A DNA stretch of 32,000 nucleotides, from contig NC_017262.1 in assembly GCF_000175255.2 (NCBI RefSeq), positions 1,410,001 through 1,442,000 of the forward strand, written 5' to 3'. The position numbers were made by a program, and so were the translations under genes. This DNA is from Zymomonas mobilis subsp. mobilis ATCC 10988. GTDB lineage: Bacteria > Pseudomonadota > Alphaproteobacteria > Sphingomonadales > Sphingomonadaceae. Positions 28,711 to 32,000 of the stretch are shown here, piece by piece; positions within the stretch are counted from its first letter, which is position 1; each line of letters opens with the position of its first letter. Below the pieces are notes generated by a model that made no database searches, was not told where the DNA came from, and saw nothing but the letters and a program-made list of their open reading frames with translations.

Positions 28711-30192
28711 ATGAAAGGGGCCGTATGGCCGAAATCGTCCTTCAAAGCTTATCCCCAAGCAGATATTTCATCAGGCGTATTCCAGAGAACAAAAACCATG
28801 TATGAATATCGGAAGACGATTGCCGAGAGTGATAACGCGCCTTTAATTGCTGCGCCTGCCACTCGGGTGCCGCTCCCCAAACGCAATCTTTTATTGCTGC
28901 AAGGGCTCATGGGGCCTTTATTTCGCCGACTTGGTCAAGCTCTGACAAAGCACGGTTATACCGTTTATAAAATTAACTTTAATGGTGGCGATCGCTTTTT
29001 TTGGCGTTTGCCTAACGGTATCGATTTTTGCGGAAATGAAGACGATTGGCCTGCTTTTTTTGAGGAAACCGTCAAAAAACGGAATATCACCGATGTTGTT
29101 TTATTTGGTGATTGTCGGGCTTTACATCGGGCAGCTATTCATGTTTGCCGTAAACTTCATATCCCTGTGCATGTTTTTGAAGAAGGCTATATCCGTCCGG
29201 ATTGGGTTACGCTCGAATTAGGCGGCGTCAATGGTCACTCTTCCTTACCGAAAGATCCTGAATGGTATAAGGCCGAGGCCGCTAAATTACCGCCCATAGC
29301 TGAACACCGACCCGTGCCGTCTTCTTTTGTCCGGCGTGCCTATGAAGGGGTTGCTTACAGCCTCGCTACTGCAGCTTTAAAATGGCATTATCCCCATTGG
29401 AAGGACTACCGCCCTTGGCCCCCTTTGGTCGAAGGTGTCGGTTGGTTAAGACGTTTATGTCGCCGCAAAAAAGCACAGGCTCGTACCGATATGTTGCTAG
29501 AAAGGCTGGAACGGGAACAGACACCTTATGTGTTATTCCCGTTGCAATTGGATGGCGATTCTCAGGTCAGATTGCATTCTCCTTTCAACGGAATGCTCGA
29601 TGCCATTGAACTGGTTCTAGGTTCATTTGCCTTCCATGCCCCCAAACATCTCAGGCTCGTTATAAAAGAGCATCCTCTGGATAATGGTGTCCGTGACTGG
29701 TGCGCCGAAATACGGGTGATCGCGGACAGGCTCGGTATAACCGACCGTATTGACTATATGGAACTCGGTGACATTGCCCTTGTGACCCAAAAAGCCCAAG
29801 CTCTGGTGACTATCAATAGTACCTGTGGCACTTTGGCTTTAAATTGTAACGTGCCGGTCATCACATTGGGGCAGGCTGTTTATGATATGGAAGGCGTTAC
29901 CTATCAAGGTAGTCTGGATGATTTCTGGAGTAACCCTGGCAAACCGGATCAAGAAATTTTTGGGGCTTTCCGGCGGGTCTTAATTGAAAGATGCCTTGTC
30001 GCAGGTGGCTTTTTCTCTGAAGAGGCGCTTGAAAAAGTGATGGAAGGGGTTCTTACTCGCTTGCAATCTGCCTGCCCAATTGAGCCTAGCCTTATGCATG
30101 ATTTATCAGCCAGTTTACAGCGAAGACCTTCTTCAAAATTAGTCACTGCCGTTGCAAGCCATAAACGGAATATCGCTTTCAAACGGTCATAA
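28711..30192 (+). CDS. kpsS: KpsS/LipB-family capsule beta-Kdo transferase
   Basis: Collinear with the E. coli KpsS N-terminus as I recall it: LLLQGLMGPLF...NFNGGDRFFW...LFGDCRALHRAA...VFEEGYIRPDWVTLELGGVNGHSSLPKDPEWY. The start may be ATG 28795 (MYEYRK) rather than 28711. Confidence 0.82.
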   Translation: MKGAVWPKSSFKAYPQADISSGVFQRTKTMYEYRKTIAESDNAPLIAAPATRVPLPKRNLLLLQGLMGPLFRRLGQALTKHGYTVYKINFNGGDRFFWRLPNGIDFCGNEDDWPAFFEETVKKRNITDVVLFGDCRALHRAAIHVCRKLHIPVHVFEEGYIRPDWVTLELGGVNGHSSLPKDPEWYKAEAAKLPPIAEHRPVPSSFVRRAYEGVAYSLATAALKWHYPHWKDYRPWPPLVEGVGWLRRLCRRKKAQARTDMLLERLEREQTPYVLFPLQLDGDSQVRLHSPFNGMLDAIELVLGSFAFHAPKHLRLVIKEHPLDNGVRDWCAEIRVIADRLGITDRIDYMELGDIALVTQKAQALVTINSTCGTLALNCNVPVITLGQAVYDMEGVTYQGSLDDFWSNPGKPDQEIFGAFRRVLIERCLVAGGFFSEEALEKVMEGVLTRLQSACPIEPSLMHDLSASLQRRPSSKLVTAVASHKRNIAFKRS

Positions 30193-30194
30193 CA

Positions 30195-32000
30195 TTAAAA
30201 GAAACTATAGGGATCAACATCAATTGTAATGCGGACAGAAGACGGAATAGAAATCTTTGAAAGCCATTGATGAATAACTCGTTGTATCGGGATATTCCTC
30301 TTGGCTTGGATCAGAAAACGATACCGATAACGACCTCTTAACTGTAATAACGGGGCAGGTGCGGGGCCAAAGACTTCTATTCCATCGCCCTCCGGCTTTC
30401 TCTGCCCCAATTGATGGCCTACCGCCTCAGCTATTTCCTGTTTTTCAGAAGAGATAATCAAGGCGACATAGCGCCCAAAAGGCGGTGCTTCCGTTATTTC
30501 TCTGATTTCTAATTCCGTTTGATAAAAGGCTTCACGATCCCCTGATGCCAAGGCCGAAATAACAGGCGTCTCCGGTTCATATGTCTGGATAAAAACATGC
30601 CCGTCCAGAGCACTTCTTCCCGCCCGTCCAGCAACCTGTGCAATTTGCTGAAAACTATGTTCTGATGCTCTTAAATCTCCCCCTTGCAAACCGATATCCG
30701 CATCAACCACCCCAACAACGGTTAATCTTGGGAAATGATATCCCTTCGTTATCAGCTGGGTGCCAATGATTATGTCGATGGCACCTTGATCCATTTTTTC
30801 AACAAATTCGGCGGCTTGTTTGGGGGTGGCTAATGTATCCGATGTAATCGTTTCAATGCGGGCTTCTGGGAAAAGCAAAGCCGTTTCTTCTGCGATTCTT
30901 TCGACTCCGGGGCCACAGGCAACAAGGCTATCGGCTGTTTGACATTCGGGACATTTGTCTGGGACAGGCATCGTAAAACCGCAATGATGACAAATCATTT
31001 GTCCCAATTGGCGATGCTCAACCATCCATGCGGTGCAATGGGGACATTTTATACGATGACCGCAATGACGACACAGGGTGAGAGGCGCATAGCCCCGTCG
31101 ATTGAGAAAAAGCAGACCTTGCTCATGGCGTTCCACTGCATTGGTCAACGCTTTGACCAGCGGCGGGGCTAACCACCGACCTTTAGCTAGGGCTTGTTCG
31201 GTCATGTTTATCACATGAATAGTCGGTAACCCTGCTGATCCATGGCGTTCTGCCAATCGTATTTCTTTATAATTACCCAAACGTACCTGCATAACGCTTT
31301 CAATCGCGGGTGTTGCGGTCGCTAAGATAACAGGGATATTCTCGAATTTGGCGCGCATGACTGCGACATCCCGCGCTTGATAACAAACACCGTCTTCTTG
31401 TTTGAAACTGGTTTCATGTGCTTCATCAACAATAATGAGACCGATTGCCTTAAACGGTAAAAACAAGGCTGATCGCGCGCCAATAACCACTTTGGCTTGG
31501 CCTGTTACAATCGCTTGCCAATTTTTTCTGCGGCGGGCTTGCGATAAATCGGAATGCCAAACAACAGGCTCACAGCCAAAACGCGCCTGAAAGCGTTTTA
31601 AAAAAGGTTCTGTTAAAGCAATTTCGGGTAGCAATATCAGGGATTGTTTGCCGTCACGCAAAGTCTGGGCAATGGCTTCAAAATAGACTTCGGTCTTTCC
31701 TGATCCGGTCACGCCATCCAATAAGAAAGTTTCAAAGCTCTTTTTCGCTATGGATTCCTTTAAGATTTCAGCCGCTTTGCTTTGTGTCTCTGAAAGAATG
31801 GGGGCATTAAAATCAGGATCGGGTAGCGATAATACTATCTCTAAAGATGTTTTTTGTTCTGTTATCAAACCCGTTTTGATCAAAGCGCGAATAACAGCAG
31901 GTGATATTTCTGCCTTTTCTGCCAGCTCACGGACAGAGCCTTTTTCCCCTGAAAGTTTTTCTAAAGCCTGTTGTCTTAAGGGCGTTAATTTAGGCCATTC
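30195..32000 (-). CDS. priA: Primosomal replication-restart helicase PriA (N-terminus beyond the window edge)
   Basis: Walker A GVTGSGKT, DEAH box IVDEAHE, Cys-rich Zn region CRHCGHRIKCPHCTAWMVEHRQLGQMICHHCGF...CPECQ. The reading frame stays open from the TTG at 31883 up to nt 32000 (EWPKLTPLRQQALEKLSGEKGS...), so the ORF-track start is artefactual. Confidence 0.95.
   Translation of the reverse strand, partial: EWPKLTPLRQQALEKLSGEKGSVRELAEKAEISPAVIRALIKTGLITEQKTSLEIVLSLPDPDFNAPILSETQSKAAEILKESIAKKSFETFLLDGVTGSGKTEVYFEAIAQTLRDGKQSLILLPEIALTEPFLKRFQARFGCEPVVWHSDLSQARRRKNWQAIVTGQAKVVIGARSALFLPFKAIGLIIVDEAHETSFKQEDGVCYQARDVAVMRAKFENIPVILATATPAIESVMQVRLGNYKEIRLAERHGSAGLPTIHVINMTEQALAKGRWLAPPLVKALTNAVERHEQGLLFLNRRGYAPLTLCRHCGHRIKCPHCTAWMVEHRQLGQMICHHCGFTMPVPDKCPECQTADSLVACGPGVERIAEETALLFPEARIETITSDTLATPKQAAEFVEKMDQGAIDIIIGTQLITKGYHFPRLTVVGVVDADIGLQGGDLRASEHSFQQIAQVAGRAGRSALDGHVFIQTYEPETPVISALASGDREAFYQTELEIREITEAPPFGRYVALIISSEKQEIAEAVGHQLGQRKPEGDGIEVFGPAPAPLLQLRGRYRYRFLIQAKRNIPIQRVIHQWLSKISIPSSVRITIDVDPYSFF

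Overview
This window looks like chromosomal core from a moderately AT-rich alphaproteobacterium. The protein set and roughly mid-40s %GC fit Zymomonas or another Sphingomonadales member, but that is an inference from memory, not a search. I can support about 22 protein-coding genes, most of them housekeeping. On the + strand: gltX, gltA, recN, NAD-malic enzyme, sppA, ubiT-ubiU, ubiV and kpsS. On the - strand: comEC, groES-groEL and priA (runs off the 3' edge). I see no tRNA, rRNA, CRISPR array, IS element or integrase. There is no clear-cut novel system such as a defence island. The items most worth follow-up are: (1) an O2-independent ubiquinone hydroxylase locus in which the SCP2 lipid carrier UbiT is fused through a coiled-coil linker to UbiU, and one canonical Fe-S cysteine position holds Ser while a new CxxC appears; (2) a 1015-aa protein with two N-terminal TM helices and ~44-residue helical repeats, divergent from a three-gene minus-strand cluster (degenerate nucleotidyltransferase-like membrane protein, DUF2336-like helical protein, translationally coupled soluble PAS histidine kinase with no response regulator nearby); (3) a ~130-residue Ser/Pro/Leu/Phe-rich insertion in the predicted periplasmic domain of ComEC, encoded by a strongly strand-asymmetric tract open in several frames; (4) an AT-rich membrane-protein island at the 5' edge where two reading frames meet at an A8 homopolymer; (5) a lone kpsS divergent from an LtaS/sulfatase-type membrane enzyme. 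Regulatory elements readable by eye include a sigma32-type promoter plus CIRCE-like operator upstream of groES, two rho-independent terminators, and several strong palindromes. All family assignments come from motif recognition by eye and need HMM or BLAST confirmation.
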